From assembly GCA_040954595.2 (NCBI GenBank), contig CM082597.2, positions 10,199,778 through 10,263,777 on the forward strand: a stretch of 64,000 nt of DNA. Direction: 5' to 3'. A program made the translations under genes and the position numbers. Shown piece after piece: positions 26,256-38,966 of this stretch. This DNA comes from Balanoglossus misakiensis (lineage: Eukaryota > Animalia > Hemichordata). A model generated the notes under the pieces. The model saw only the letters and a program-made list of their open reading frames with translations. It had not been told where the DNA came from and did not search any database. Position 1 is the stretch's first letter; each line of letters opens with the position of its first letter.

Positions 26256-29200
26256 CTGACGTTGGATGACATCCAGGAGGAAGTCTGGTCCTCAGCTTCT
26301 GCACAGCAAATGACCGATCTTCAAGGTTTGGTTGAGATTCTTCAACTGTTCCATGACCTGTGAGGGCAGTCTTCTTGCAACACCACTGTGAGGAAGAAAT
26401 CAAGGACAGGTATCAGACATTCCGGTTGCCACAATGGGGGTTTGAAAACCCAGTATATTCCAGCTGTGTTCATGTGTTGGTACTTATTTTTAAAGTCTGT
26501 TTGAACCATTGCTTTCAAAACAGTCCCTGTGCATAAATGCTCTTTTGATGGTCCTAAGACTGTCAATTTATCATACATGCAACGCCTGCATTTGCCACTG
26601 TGCTATTGTTCTAACGGTGAAGATATGAGCTTGTATTTTCACTGGTGAAAATACAGAAACAGATTTTCACTGTGTGCCCAGAACTATTTTGAGAATGTGC
26701 TGAATCAGTGGACTATCTCAACAGAGCGTCATGTAATATCAAAATCAGATGCAATTTTGTTGGGTTATAGATATGTGAGGCCACATTATTTCACAAGACT
26801 TGAAACTCGTAGATTAAAATCACATCATCGGCCCACTACTGCAGTACAGTGTTAAAATTGTATAGCCAACGGATTGTACGCTTTTCAGTATGTTCAGATT
26901 GCGATCACTCAAGAATTTCCAGCTGTAGTCCAAAAATCCACAGAATACAGAATTAGGTCTTATGATGTGCTAGGTTCCAATTTCTAGCCGTGAAATCGTT
27001 TATCTGGGCGCATGTTGACTGAATAAAAGTCAAACTTACTGTGGATCCATTCCTGTTAACTGAGCCAGCAACAAACTAGTGCTCTCTTCAATATGCATAT
27101 GAGTGGAGGCTGCTGCCAAATGACTTTCAAACTCCAAGATATCTTGTTTCTCCATTTGGGCAAGCTAAATCATTAAAGGGATAAATTCAAATGATATGTC
27201 AAGTGAAGTCTTGTCTGTATACAGACAGGGACACATCTACATGTATTTATACCGAATTCTAAGTCAAGTTCTTTGAGTACAATCCCTGACATTTTCCTGA
27301 TTCTATGATAATCTGTGCATATTGATTATGTCAGATACCATTGTTACAAATGTGCATGTATCTATATCAAATAGAAGGATAGCAAAACATACATGTAGTT
27401 GTTGCCATCGCCAGAATGAATAGTGACTATAACAACATGAACAAATATGAACATCCTAACATCACAGCAAGTATCATTTGGAATCCATCTATGTACTCCA
27501 CACAAAGACACTGCACCACAATGTGGAAAACATTGACCAAACCAATACCAATGAAACTGAAAACTAAACGGAAATGCGTATAAACAAGACAAAATATTAA
27601 CCTGTAATTCTCTGTTTTTGATTTCCTCTACAGTTCTGTCATCAGTAGCCATGGTTGGTGGTGGAAAATCAAAATTACTGAAACGAGAAAATATGCAATA
27701 TTGCAAAATATTTGTAAATAATAACACATATGACTTCAAGATTTGATCAGCAAATGATTATGAGTCAATTAGACTACTTCAATTTATTTCTGGTGAATGG
27801 TAGATAAAACTAGTGAGTAGAGAGATCACTGCAGTCAATATGGTTTGTCTATTATATCATACCACATTTCATGAATAAGTTGAACTTACAACTGCTACCC
27901 AGAGATAAGCACTCTCAGTTATCATCAATCGTTTTTTGTAAGCACGAGTCGAATGGGCAAGTCACAATAAAAAGTATGCCCCAATTTCAAAGTGCATTCA
28001 TTTTGTCTGGCAAGAGACACGCAAAAAACAATATTATGACCTTGATATTGAACTGTGAGCACTAGTGGTAGAGGACCACTTGTGTTTGTTTGTGATAATC
28101 GACTCTCACCCTCAAAGTTCCATATATACATAATAAGGCACTCACTTTGTCATACACATTTCCATCATACACTTCAACATCGAATACTCCTCCCATGCTT
28201 TATGGCCTGAAAGAGAGAAATCAAATCATTTCTGTGATTTTGAAAACAAGATGTGACACTATCTACAGAATGATGTCTTAGCAATGAACATTGAATTTGA
28301 TTGAATGTGAGTCCATAGTTGAAACTTACCAATGTTTGCCGGGTTAAATGCTGAAACAACAAGTAAAAGCAACCAGCCCTTCCAGTACAGGTTGGAAATC
28401 GCCAGCTGTGGTGGTTGGTATCTGTTGATATCAAAATATCAAATACTCTTGTAAGTAAAGACAGAAAGACCCGGGATTCGGATTAACGTGTGTTTGTATA
28501 GTTGTTTATTTGGGAGTGGTCGTCGTGCATAATGACTGTGTAATTGATCTCATGTACATAGAAAATAATTGAACACTTTACACCTCTATGCGATTGACAG
28601 CTGTTTGAATGGCGTGGTTATTGTTTCCCAGGGACGCTTCTGAAAAGCACTGAAACCAGATTTCTCCCAAAATCATCGTTGTTTCAAAAGCTCGCGTATT
28701 TTTCGTCGATAACTTTATGCTGTGTGTGTTTATAAAGCCAACTTCTGTCGTTGTGTGGTGTAATTCTTTATGCTTGGACCTGTTTGGGCCGATTTTCATA
28801 GAGCCAAGATCGTTGGTGTTGTCTGTTGTCAGTCAAATGGCATTAAGGTTCGCCACTGATTTGGGGGGTCTTTTATACCCTTCACCGGGGTTTAAAGGGC
28901 GACAATCATCTAATGCACATGTGCCGAACCAGAGACTCTGATTACAAAAAATGTACACAGTCAATGCCACAAGGCAGTGTGCTGTCTTAACAACAGACAA
29001 GATGGCGGCGACATATTCTATGTCAGAGATCGGGAAAAGACAGCAAATTGGGTGAAAAGAAGGGACAAAACTTAAGTCTACTTGTACGGTGTGCATGAAT
29101 TATGGAAGGAAGCGAAGGCAGTCCACATTTTGAATGCAAAATTTGAAGAACATATGGATTGGATGCAATGTTTGTATACACTAAATTAGGCACATGTGCA

Positions 29201-29320
29201 TAAGACAATCCTCGGCCTTTGAAACTTCACCAACGTACAACCAAACCATGTTTTCCAAGTGCTTTGAACTCAAACTTGAATTGTTACCTGTGTACGTAGT
29301 CGCTGGTGTTGACTTTAAAC
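26256..29320 (-). pseudogene. INTS1: Most complete INTS1 fragment copy: exons A (truncated, 29288-29320), B 28330-28421, C 28146-28206, D 27602-27677, E 27040-27164, F 26256-26385
   Basis: B-C-D-E-F splice in frame in the INTS1 order. The exon F TGA is still present, and there is no start codon or promoter context. Confidence 0.85.
27602..27677 (-). pseudogene. INTS1: INTS1-like exon D (NFDFPPPTMATDDRTVEEIKNRELQ), present only in the long unit
   Basis: Acceptor tttcag| and donor |gttaat. Phase 2 to 0 exactly bridges exons C and E. It matches the recalled NNYSYPPCTLTDEETRTEMLNRELQ. Confidence 0.88.
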
Positions 29321-29394
29321 TCTAGCGCTGGCGCGACATTTGAGTGTATTGTTTACGTCGCAACCAACACTTGCGACCGCCCATTCTTTTTACA

Positions 29395-29601
29395 ATGGTT
29401 GTCAAATGCAGCGTTTTTGGACGTTCCCATCGAAAGGATAGGGAAACCCACTTGCAGTTTTATAGTTTGCCTGCCATGATATCAAATCAAGGACCAGAAT
29501 GTGAAAAGAGAGACGGCGCGAATGGTTAGCCAGGATCGGCCAAAACTTTGATCATAAGAACCTAGACAACGTCCGGGTTTGTTCGAGTCATTTTTTTAGT
29601 G
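29395..29601 (+). pseudogene. THAP zinc-finger exon 1 of the transposase (MVVKCSVFGR...FYSLP...EK / RRREWLARI...RVCSSHFFSG), frameshifted
   Basis: THAP C2CH signature residues are visible (W, CxxHF, and PT in the next exon). The second Cys appears as Arg, and there is a frameshift near 29508. Donor |gtaagt at 29602. Confidence 0.8.
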
Positions 29602-30263
29602 GTAAGTTTTACTGGAAACTTTTGAAACCTTGTTATATCACACACCGAATAAATGTTTCACAACTTGGCATCAACAATATTTACGGATTTGCATTTGGCC
29701 GCGACAAAAACACGCGAATCTGCAGATAACACAACTGAACTTACACTGGCAGCGAGCTGTCGTCGTCGGCCGGCGGCGGTATCGATAAACCGTACCGGTG
29801 ATGCTTAGAGTCAGATATACTTGTTGGTCACGGACATGCATTTCTGTCGACTGAAAAAAACTTTACTTTATGAATTTTTACGGCTGTTTGAGGAGTCGCA
29901 CTCATTTGGTAAAGGTCTCACAGCACTCTTTCTATAAAAAATTCTGTAAGTGTTTTGTTTACATTCGCGGGGTCAAACCAGGTCAGTTTCAATGCTGGGT
30001 TCGACAACGCGTAGGAACAATGCAAATTTACGCTGAAAATGATTACACTAAATTTAGGCCCCTGCCTGGAAGTGTGATACCTCGTTTTGTATTTTTTTTT
30101 TTAAAAATGTGTTGCCATACCCATTATCCAGAAATATCAGGAAATGGAATCAAATGCGCCCCTAGCATTAGCGGGTCAAAGGTCATGCCATGTGAAAGGA
30201 GAACAAGTGTTCAAGATTTCTCTCTCTCTCTCTCCCCATCTCTCTCAACCCCCTGTCCCTTAG

Positions 30264-31517
30264 GTAAAAAGGCAGACTTGTACGATAGAAACAACCCAGA
30301 TTGGGTTCCAACAGTTAATGTAGGGAAGAATACAGATAAGGCAGCTGAGGCTTTAGGCAGATACGATAGATTACAGACAAGAAAGAGGAAATTGGAGCAG
30401 AAAGAATATGAGCTAGAGGAAGCACAGAAACCCCCCAAACCCCAAAGTGACCCGAACAAATGTAGCCGTGAAACGCAAACTGATCTCACTGGGTATATGT
30501 TGGACTGTATGACCAGTGAGCTGCAGGATTTGAGATCAGACAATCTTATATTGAAACAGAAACTGTCAGAACATGAAAGTCGATTTTCGGAGGCATATTT
30601 TGAAGGCGACGATGAGAAAGCGAAGTTTTTGACTGGGATATCTTCTTTTACTGTTTTAATTACATTATACAATTATATTGCACACTACTTGCCCCCTCGC
30701 ACATCTCTCGACAAATTTCGAATGTTCATTATGACACTAATGAGGTTACGCTTTAATTTACCAATTCAGTTCTTGTCTTATGAGTTTTCCGTTTCGTTAT
30801 CTTCAGTTTCTAGAATTGTTAATATTGTAATTGATGTCATGTATGTAAGAATGAAACCGTTTGTCTTTTGGCCAGATCGATTTAGTTTGCAGAAAAGAAA
30901 GCCCATGAAGTTTTGTAAACATTTTGGTAAAAAATGCATTGTGATAATCGATTGTTTTGAAATATTCATAGAAAGGTCATCAAATTTAAAAGCTCGGGCA
31001 GAAACATGGTCTTCTTATAAACACCACAACACAATTAAGTTTCTCATTGGAATCACTCCTCAAGGTACTGTCTCATTTATATCCAGGGCTTGGGGTGGGC
31101 GGGCTAGTGACAAACATATTACAGAAAACAGTGGGATTCTAGATAATTTATTACCAGGGGATTTAATACTTGCTGACAGAGCAAGGGTTTAATATTGAGG
31201 AGAGTGTGGGTTGCTTGTGTGCTCAAATGAAAATTCCTAGTTTTACAAAAGGTAAAAGTCAATTGTCTGCTGTAGATGTAGAAACAACAAGAAGAATTGC
31301 CAATGTTAGAATACATGTTGAAAGGGTTATTGGGATGGCAAGACAAAAGTATAATATTATGGGTGGGACACTTCCTATTAATTTGTTTCTTTCCAAAGAT
31401 GATGAGGGCAACACAATGATCGACAAAATTGTTCATGTCTGCTGTTCACTGATAAACCTGGTTGTGGTTGCATGTATTTATAGAAAAATGTATACTAGGT
31501 ATGTGCAGAAAAATTAA
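30264..31517 (+). pseudogene. Transposase exon 2, copy 1 (HTH + DDE_Tnp_4-type)
   Basis: Acceptor ccttag| at 30263 gives G|[16 protein letters not shown]. There is a 4-bp frameshift after ADR (~31180) and a 52-bp C-terminal deletion at CCTG microhomology. Confidence 0.85.
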
Positions 31518-33391
31518 ACTGAGCTGTAATATTAATTGTATATACACATAAGAGTCATCAGAAACCAATGATAAGGTAATCTAATAAATAATTTCTTCAC
31601 AAACAATAAGCATAGTGACATTTGTAAATCATGGCTGACTAAAACATATTCTAAAAAATAACAAAGTCAGTCTGTAGTTGAATTAAATGAACAGGTGTCC
31701 ATTTCATTGTAATTGCTTGTTTGAAGATAAATTCATTCACAGAATATTCTCTCTGATGTCAATAAATACAGATTTTAGAAATATTGATCAATAAATAAGT
31801 TAAGTATTATAAATAGTGTAGTGACAATTTTATATATCATTATATGATTAATAAATTATTGACAAATGATTAATTGAAATTGTTAATCTATATTCCCCTT
31901 TTTATGCACACAGTATTTCATACTTTTGATTGGCTAAGACTGAATCATATGGTATAGGGAAAAAAACAAATTACATGGTTGACAGAGTCTACATATTGCT
32001 CATTGTGAGGGAATATATAGACAGTAAACACACACTAATTGCAACAGCACAATATCAGTTTTCCAAAATTCTATGAGTACGAAGTACTAGTACAGTTCTC
32101 ATGAGACAATGTTATGACCCTGGACAAGACACTACATGGCCATAATAAAATAACACATGATGCACGATTTGTAGCCTGCCCCATGCAGAAGTTATTTTCA
32201 CTCATGATGTGGAGTATTCTGTTGTACTTTCATTTGCTGTGCACATGAAAGTACTGCTACAGAATACACCACATTACAAAAATAAACAAATCTGCAGTGA
32301 CAAGATTCTATGTTGGTTTGCGTGTTGATGTCCTTGTGAAAAATTTACCCACAAATTCTGGCAAGATGGCACTAACAAAGAAGTACTTTGTACGTTCACA
32401 AATCATTCCAGGTCTTAATTGTCAAGATTAGTTAAAAATATAACCCAAAATTTAAGCCTCCAGGGGAAATTTGGGCTCACAGAGGTTATTACTGAACATT
32501 TTGTAGAATTTCTCAAAATAAAAATCATCATCTGACGGAATGTTTACATATCACAGAAATACCCTGAAATATACACTGAGTACACAATGTGCATTTCATT
32601 ATGGTAATTATGTATGTTACTACTTTCAAAACATTACATCATGTTTATTCTTTTTTCCCCACAGAACTGATGGTTTTGTAAACAACTGAGATAATGCTCG
32701 AGAAATAAACAGCTATTAAAACGATTCAAACCCTGAACCATGGTGTCGACCCACCTACTATTATTACACACCGATTGAAAATTTTCAACGAAGGTCTAAC
32801 CACTTACAAGTTACATTAACAGCGAAGCGGTCATCTCATTTGTAACCGTTATTGAAGTTTATATATTTGTTTCACAATGTTATTATTAAACAGGGGTAAT
32901 TTTATCACTGAAAAAACAGTTTTGTTATACGGTTATTTTGATCCGGAAAACAGAGATTTGAGCACACGACGGATTTCTACTGCGTTCACTCCAACACCGC
33001 AGGAGTGTGTTGTTGTCGAAGACGCGGACAAAACAGAAAATTATCGGAGCCAGGCCCCTTCGAACCCTATATTTCACGCTGTTGGAAGGTTGGACGGCTA
33101 CGGCTATCTCAGCTCTGCTCGGCACGCTGTTGTTGGGTGCCCTAAACATATGCCCTACCCCTAGCGCTCGGCATGTAAACAATCACAACATGACTGTAAA
33201 CATCATGCAAAAATACAATCTTACTGTCATTTTCCTGTGGATTCAGTCTCCTCCTTGCACTTGTGTGGAGTTTAGGCAACCTATATTGAAACCACGGGCG
33301 CTTCTTGACCGGATTCGGTGAAAGTTTGAGGCAATTTCTGGCTGTACGCGTGACAGGCTCACAGTATCAACAAACAGTACACTGTGGTGAC

Positions 33392-33452
33392 AGGTCAAAG
33401 GTCAACATTAGGGATTCCCCGACCTTTATCGCATCTAGTGCGCCCCTAGTGG
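33392..33452. promoter_or_regulatory. Motif cluster: DR1 AGGTCAAAGGTCA, kB-type GGGATTCCCC and CTCF-like CCACTAGGGGCGC (minus strand); repeated at ~38062 and ~42736
   Basis: Consensus matches lie within 61 bp; there is no functional evidence. Confidence 0.3.
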
Positions 33453-34296
33453 TAGGACATAACGATTCTCTTTTTCTCTCGCAGTTATATAGATTGCCTG
33501 CCGTGATATCAAATCAAGGACCAGAATGTGAAAAGAGAGACGGCGCGAATGGTTAGCCAGGATCGGCCAAAACTTTGATCATAAGAACCTAGACAACGTC
33601 CGGGTTTGTTCGAGTCATTTTTTTAGTGGTAAGTTTTACTGGAAACTTTTGAAACCTTGTTATATCACACACCGAATAAATGTTTCACAACTTGGCATCA
33701 ACAATATTTACGGATTTGCATTTGGCCGCGACAAAAACACGCGAATCTGCAGATAACACAACTGAACTTAAACTGGCAGCGAGCTGTCGTCGTCGGCCGG
33801 CGGCGGTATCGATAAACCGTACCGGTGATGCTTAGAGTCAGATATACTTGTTGGTCACGGACATGCATTTCTGTCGACTGAAAAAAACTTTACTTTATGA
33901 ATTTTTACGGCTGTTTGAGGAGTCGCACTCATTTGGTAAAGGTCTCACAGCACTCTTTCTATAAAAAATTCTGTAAGTGTTTTGTTTACATTCGCGGGGT
34001 CAAACCAGGTCAGTTTCAATGCTGGGTTCGACAACGCGTAGGAACAATGCAAATTTACGCTGAAAATGATTACACTAAATTTAGGCCCCTGCCTGGAAGT
34101 GTGATACCTCGTTTTGTATTTTTTTTTTTAAAAATGTGTTGCCATACCCATTATCCAGAAATATCAGGAAATGGAATCAAATGCGCCCCTAGCATTAGCG
34201 GGTCAAAGGTCATGCCATGTGAAAGGAGAACAAGTGTTCAAGATTTCTCTCTCTCTCTCTCCCCATATCCATCTCTCTCAACCCCCTGTCCCTTAG

Positions 34297-36105
34297 GTAA
34301 AAAGGCAGACTTGTACGATAGAAACAACCCAGATTGGGTTCCAACAGTTAATGTAGGGAAGAATACAGATAAGGCAGCTGAGGCTTTAGGCAGATACGAT
34401 AGATTACAGACAAGAAAGAGGAAATTGGAGCAGAAAGAATATGAGCTAGAGGAAGCACAGAAACCCCCCAAACCCTAAAGTGACCAGAACAAATGTAGCC
34501 GTGAAACGCAAACTGATCTCACTGGGTATATGTTGGACTGTATGACCAGTGAGCTGCAGGATTTGAGATCAGACAATCTTATATTGAAACAGAAACTGTC
34601 AGAACATGAAAGTCGATTTTCGGAGGCATATTTTGAAGGCGACGATGAGAAAGCGAAGTTTTTGACTGGGATATCTTCTTTTACTGTTTTAATTACATTA
34701 TACAATTATATTGCACACTACTTGCCCCCTCGCACATCTCTCGACAAATTTCGAATGTTCATTATGACACTAATGAGGTTACGCTTTAATTTACCAATTC
34801 AGTTCTTGTCTTATGAGTTTTCCGTTTCGTTATCTTCAGTTTCTAGAATTGTTAATATTGTAATTGATGTCATGTATGTAAGAATGAAACCGTTTGTCTT
34901 TTGGCCAGATCGATTTACAGTAGTTTGCAGAAAACAATGCCCATGAAGTTTCGTAAATATTTTGGTAAAAAATGCATTGTGATAATCGATTGTTTTGAAA
35001 TATTCATAGAAAGGTCATCAAATTTAAAAGCTCGGGCAGAAACATGGTCTTCTTATAAACACCACAACACAATTAAAGGGTCTATGACATGCTTTAAAAA
35101 GTTTTCATTTTTCCCCGTCAAAAGCTCACCTAGGGTACCTGTCTATGCATTGCTTATTGTGTCGGTTCCGAAAAATGTGCGCGAATGCCGGAATTTGCCC
35201 CCTTTTTTCATGCCTGTGATCAGGGAGCCACTTCGCACTCGAGCCAGGCGAAGGTATTTGCATATGGACAAACAAGTACACTAGGTTCTAGTGTACCATT
35301 CTGTTTACAGTAAAGTGTAATTAGCGGGCCATGAGTAATTAAGTCCACAGACAAAGACAAGCTATATAAACAGTGTTCAAAGCAAAGGAAGCCCTTGCCT
35401 CACATTACAGGCAAAGGATTTACAAAGGTGTGAAAGACTATTTGTCCACATCAAGATAAGTCTTCGGCTTAACTTCGAAAAGCCGAAAAAAATCGACTGA
35501 GTTGGGTTAGGAGTACACGCCCACTCGCCACTTTTACTTGCCTGTTATCTAAGAACAGAGGGTGATACGCAATGCCAGATTGTAACATACGTTAACTTCA
35601 AGACCCAAAGAGTGATTTTACGTGTGGTTGTATAGGGCATGTCATAGAGACTTTAAGTTTCTCATTGGAATCACTCCTCAAGGTACTGTCTCATTTATAT
35701 CTTGGGCTTGGGGTGGGCGGGCTAGTGACAAACATATTACTGAAAACAGTGGGATTCTAGATAATTTATTACCAGGGGATTTAATACTTGCTGACAGAGC
35801 AAGGGTTTAATATTGAGGAGAGTGTGGGTTGCTTGTGTGCTCAAATGAAAATTCCTAGTTTTACAAAAGGTAAAAGTCAATTGTCTGCTGTAGATGTAGA
35901 AACAACAAGAAGAATTGCCAATGTTAGAATACATGTTGAAAGGGTTATTGGGATGGCAAGACAAAAGTATAATATTTTGGGTGGGACACTTCCTATTAAT
36001 TTGTTTCTTTCCAAAGATGATGAGGGCAACACAATGATCGACAAAATTGTTCATGTCTGCTGTTCACTGATAAACCTGTGCGAATCTGTTGTTGATTTTA
36101 ATTGA
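34297..36105 (+). pseudogene. Transposase exon 2, copy 2
   Basis: Premature TAA at 34476-34478, TACAGTA frameshift, MITE insertion and ADR frameshift. It retains the native end CESVVDFN*. Confidence 0.85.
35077..35652. mobile_element. 576-bp non-autonomous DNA transposon with TTAA target-site duplication (Kolobok-like termini)
   Basis: TTAA|AGGGTCTATGACATGC ... GCATGTCATAGAGACT|TTAA. The empty site acaattaagttt is seen in copies 1, 4 and 5. The AG..CT ends fit Kolobok rather than the piggyBac CCC ends. Confidence 0.85.
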
Positions 36106-38966
36106 TTGATCACATTCCTGCCAGTGCCTGGTTGTGGTTGCATGTATTTATAGAAAAATGTATACTAGGTATGTGCAGAAAAATTAAACTGAGCTGTAAT
36201 ATTAATGTATATACACATAAGAGTCATCAGAAACCAATGATAAGGTAATCTAATAAATAATTTCTTCACAAACAATAAGCATAGTGACATTTGTAAATCA
36301 TTGCTGACTAAAGCATATTCTAAAAAATAACAAAGTCAGTCTGTAGTTGAATTAAATGAACAGGTGTCCATTTCATTGTAATTGCTTGTTTGAAGATAAA
36401 TTCATTCACAGAATATTCTCTCTGATGTCAATAAATACAGATTTTAGAAATATTGATCAATAAATAAGTTAAGTATTATAAATAGTGTAGTGACAATTTT
36501 ATATATCATTATATGATTAATAAATTATTGACAAATGATTAATTGAAATTGTTAATCTATATTCCCCTTTTTATGCACACAGTATTTCATACTTTTGATT
36601 GGCTAAGACTGAATCATATGGTATAGGGAAAAAAACAAATTACATGGTTGACAGAGTCTACATATTGCTCATTGTGAGGGAATATATAGACAGTAAACAC
36701 ACACTAATTGCAACAGCACAATATCAGTTTTCCAAAATTCTATGAGTACGAAGTACTAGTACAGTTCTCATGAGACAATGTTATGACCCTGGACAAGACA
36801 CTACATGGCCATAATAAAATAACACATGATGCACGATTTGTAGCCTGCCCCATGCAGAAGTTATTTTCACTCATGATGTGGAGTATTCTGTTGTACTTTC
36901 ATTTGCTGTGCACATGAAAGTACTGCTACAGAATACACCACATTACAAAAATAAACAAATCTGCAGTGACAAGATTCTATGTTGGTTTGCGTGTTGATGT
37001 CCTTGTGAAAAATTTACCCACAAATTCTGGCAAGATGGCACTAACAAAGAAGTACTTTGTACGTTCACAAATCATTCCAGGTCTTAATTGTCAAGATTAG
37101 TTAAAAATATAACCCAAAATTTAAGCCTCCAGGGGAAATTTGGGCTCACAGAGGTTATTACTGAACATTTTGTAGAATTTCTCAAAATAAAAATCATCAT
37201 CTGACGGAATGTTTACATATCACAGAAATACCCTGAAATATACACTGAGTACACAATGTGCATTTCATTATGGTAATTATGTATGTTACTACTTTCAAAA
37301 CATTACATCATGTTTATTCTTTTTTCCCCACAGAACTGATGGTTTTGTAAACAACTGAGATAATGCTCGAGAAATAAACAGCTATTAAAACGATTCAAAC
37401 CCTGAACCATGGTGTCGACCCACCTACTATTATTACACACCGATTGAAAATTTTCAACGAAGGTCTAACCACTTACAAGTTACATTAACAGCGAAGCGGT
37501 CATCTCATTTGTAACCGTTATTGAAGTTTATATATTTGTTTCACAATGTTATTATTAAACAGGGGTAATTTTATCACTGAAAAAACAGTTTTGTTATACG
37601 GTTATTTTGATCCGGAAAACAGAGATTTGAGCACACGACGGATTTCTACTGCGTTCACTCCAACACCGCAGGAGTGTGTTGTTGTCGAAGACGCGGACAA
37701 AACAGAAAATTATCGGAGCCAGGCCCCTTCGAACCCTATATTTCACGCTGTCGGAAGGTTGGACGGCTACGGCTATCTCAGCTCTGCTCGGCACGCTGTT
37801 GTTGGGTGCCCTAAACATATGCCCTACCCCTAGCGCTCGGCATGTAAACAATCACAACATGACTGTAAACATCATGCAAAAATACAATCTTACTGTCATT
37901 TTCCTGTGGATTCAGTCTCCTCCTTGCACTTGTGTGGAGTTTAGGCAACCTATATTGAAACCACGGGCGCTTCTTGACCGGATTCGGTGAAAGTTTGAGG
38001 CAATTTCTGGCTGTACGCGTGACAGGCTCACAGTATCAACAAACAGTACACGTGTGGTGACAGGTCAAAGGTCAACATTAGGGATTCCCCGACCTTTATC
38101 GCATCTAGTGCGCCCCTAGTGGTAGGACATAACGATTCTCTTTTTCTCTCGCAGTTATATAGATTGCCTGCCGTGATATCAAATCAAGGACCAGAATGTG
38201 AAAAGAGAGACGGCGCGAATGGTTAGCCAGGATCGGCCAAAACTTTGATCATAAGAACCTAGACAACGTCCGGGTTTGTTCGAGTCATTTTTTTAGTGGT
38301 AAGTTTTACTGGAAACTTTTGAAACCTTGTTATATCACACACCGAATAAATGTTTCACAACTTGGCATCAACAATATTTACGGATTTGCATTTGGCCGCG
38401 ACAAAAACACGCGAATCTGCAGATAACACAACTGAACTTAAACTGGCAGCGAGCTGTCGTCGTCGGCCGGCGGCGGTATCGATAAACCGTACCGGTGATG
38501 CTTAGAGTCAGATATACTTGTTGGTCATGGACATGCATTTCTGTCGACTGAAAAAAACTTTACTTTATGAATTTTTACGGCTGTTTGAGGAGTCGCACTC
38601 ATTTGGTAAAGGTCTCACAGCACTCTTTCTATAAAAAATTCTGTAAGTGTTTTGTTTACATTCGCGGGGTCAAACCAGGTCAGTTTCAATGCTGGGTTCG
38701 ACAACGCGTAGGAACAATGCAAATTTACGCTGAAAATGATTACACTAAATTTAGGCCCCTGCCTGGAAGTGTGATACCTCGTTTTGTATTTTTTTTTTTA
38801 AAAATGTGTTGCCATACCCATTATCCAGAAATATCAGGAAATGGAATCAAATGCGCCCCTAGCATTAGCGGGTCAAAGGTCATGCCATGTGAAAGGAGAA
38901 CAAGTGTTCAAGATTTCTCTCTCTCTCTCTCCCCATATCCATCTCTCTCAACCCCCTGTCCCTTAG

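Larger units (their letters stand above)
1..29320. repeat. Tandem macrosatellite, ~3451-bp unit, ~8.3 copies (continues beyond the left edge); INTS1-derived
   Basis: Identical ORF sets recur at 133, 3584, 7035, 10486, 13937, 17392, 20852, 24310 and 28578. Spacings are 3451-3460, with one 4268-bp unit carrying 817 extra bp. The array stops abruptly after gactttaaac at 29320. Confidence 0.98.

Noticed and set aside
133-29208. Recurrent 60-125 aa ORFs in the 3451-bp array
   Set aside because: They have no recognisable motifs and recur only because of the repeat. The real coding signal lies in short spliced exons, mostly in other frames.
29870-30263. N-terminal ~130 aa of the long transposase ORFs ([10 protein letters not shown]...)
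   Set aside because: It falls inside the gt...ag intron (29602-30263) that joins the two halves of the THAP domain and includes the polypyrimidine tract, so it is an incidental open frame.
32877-33321. Overlapping 85-104 aa ORFs in the passenger DNA
   Set aside because: There is no recognisable homology, and several overlapping frames are expected in this GC-richer patch.
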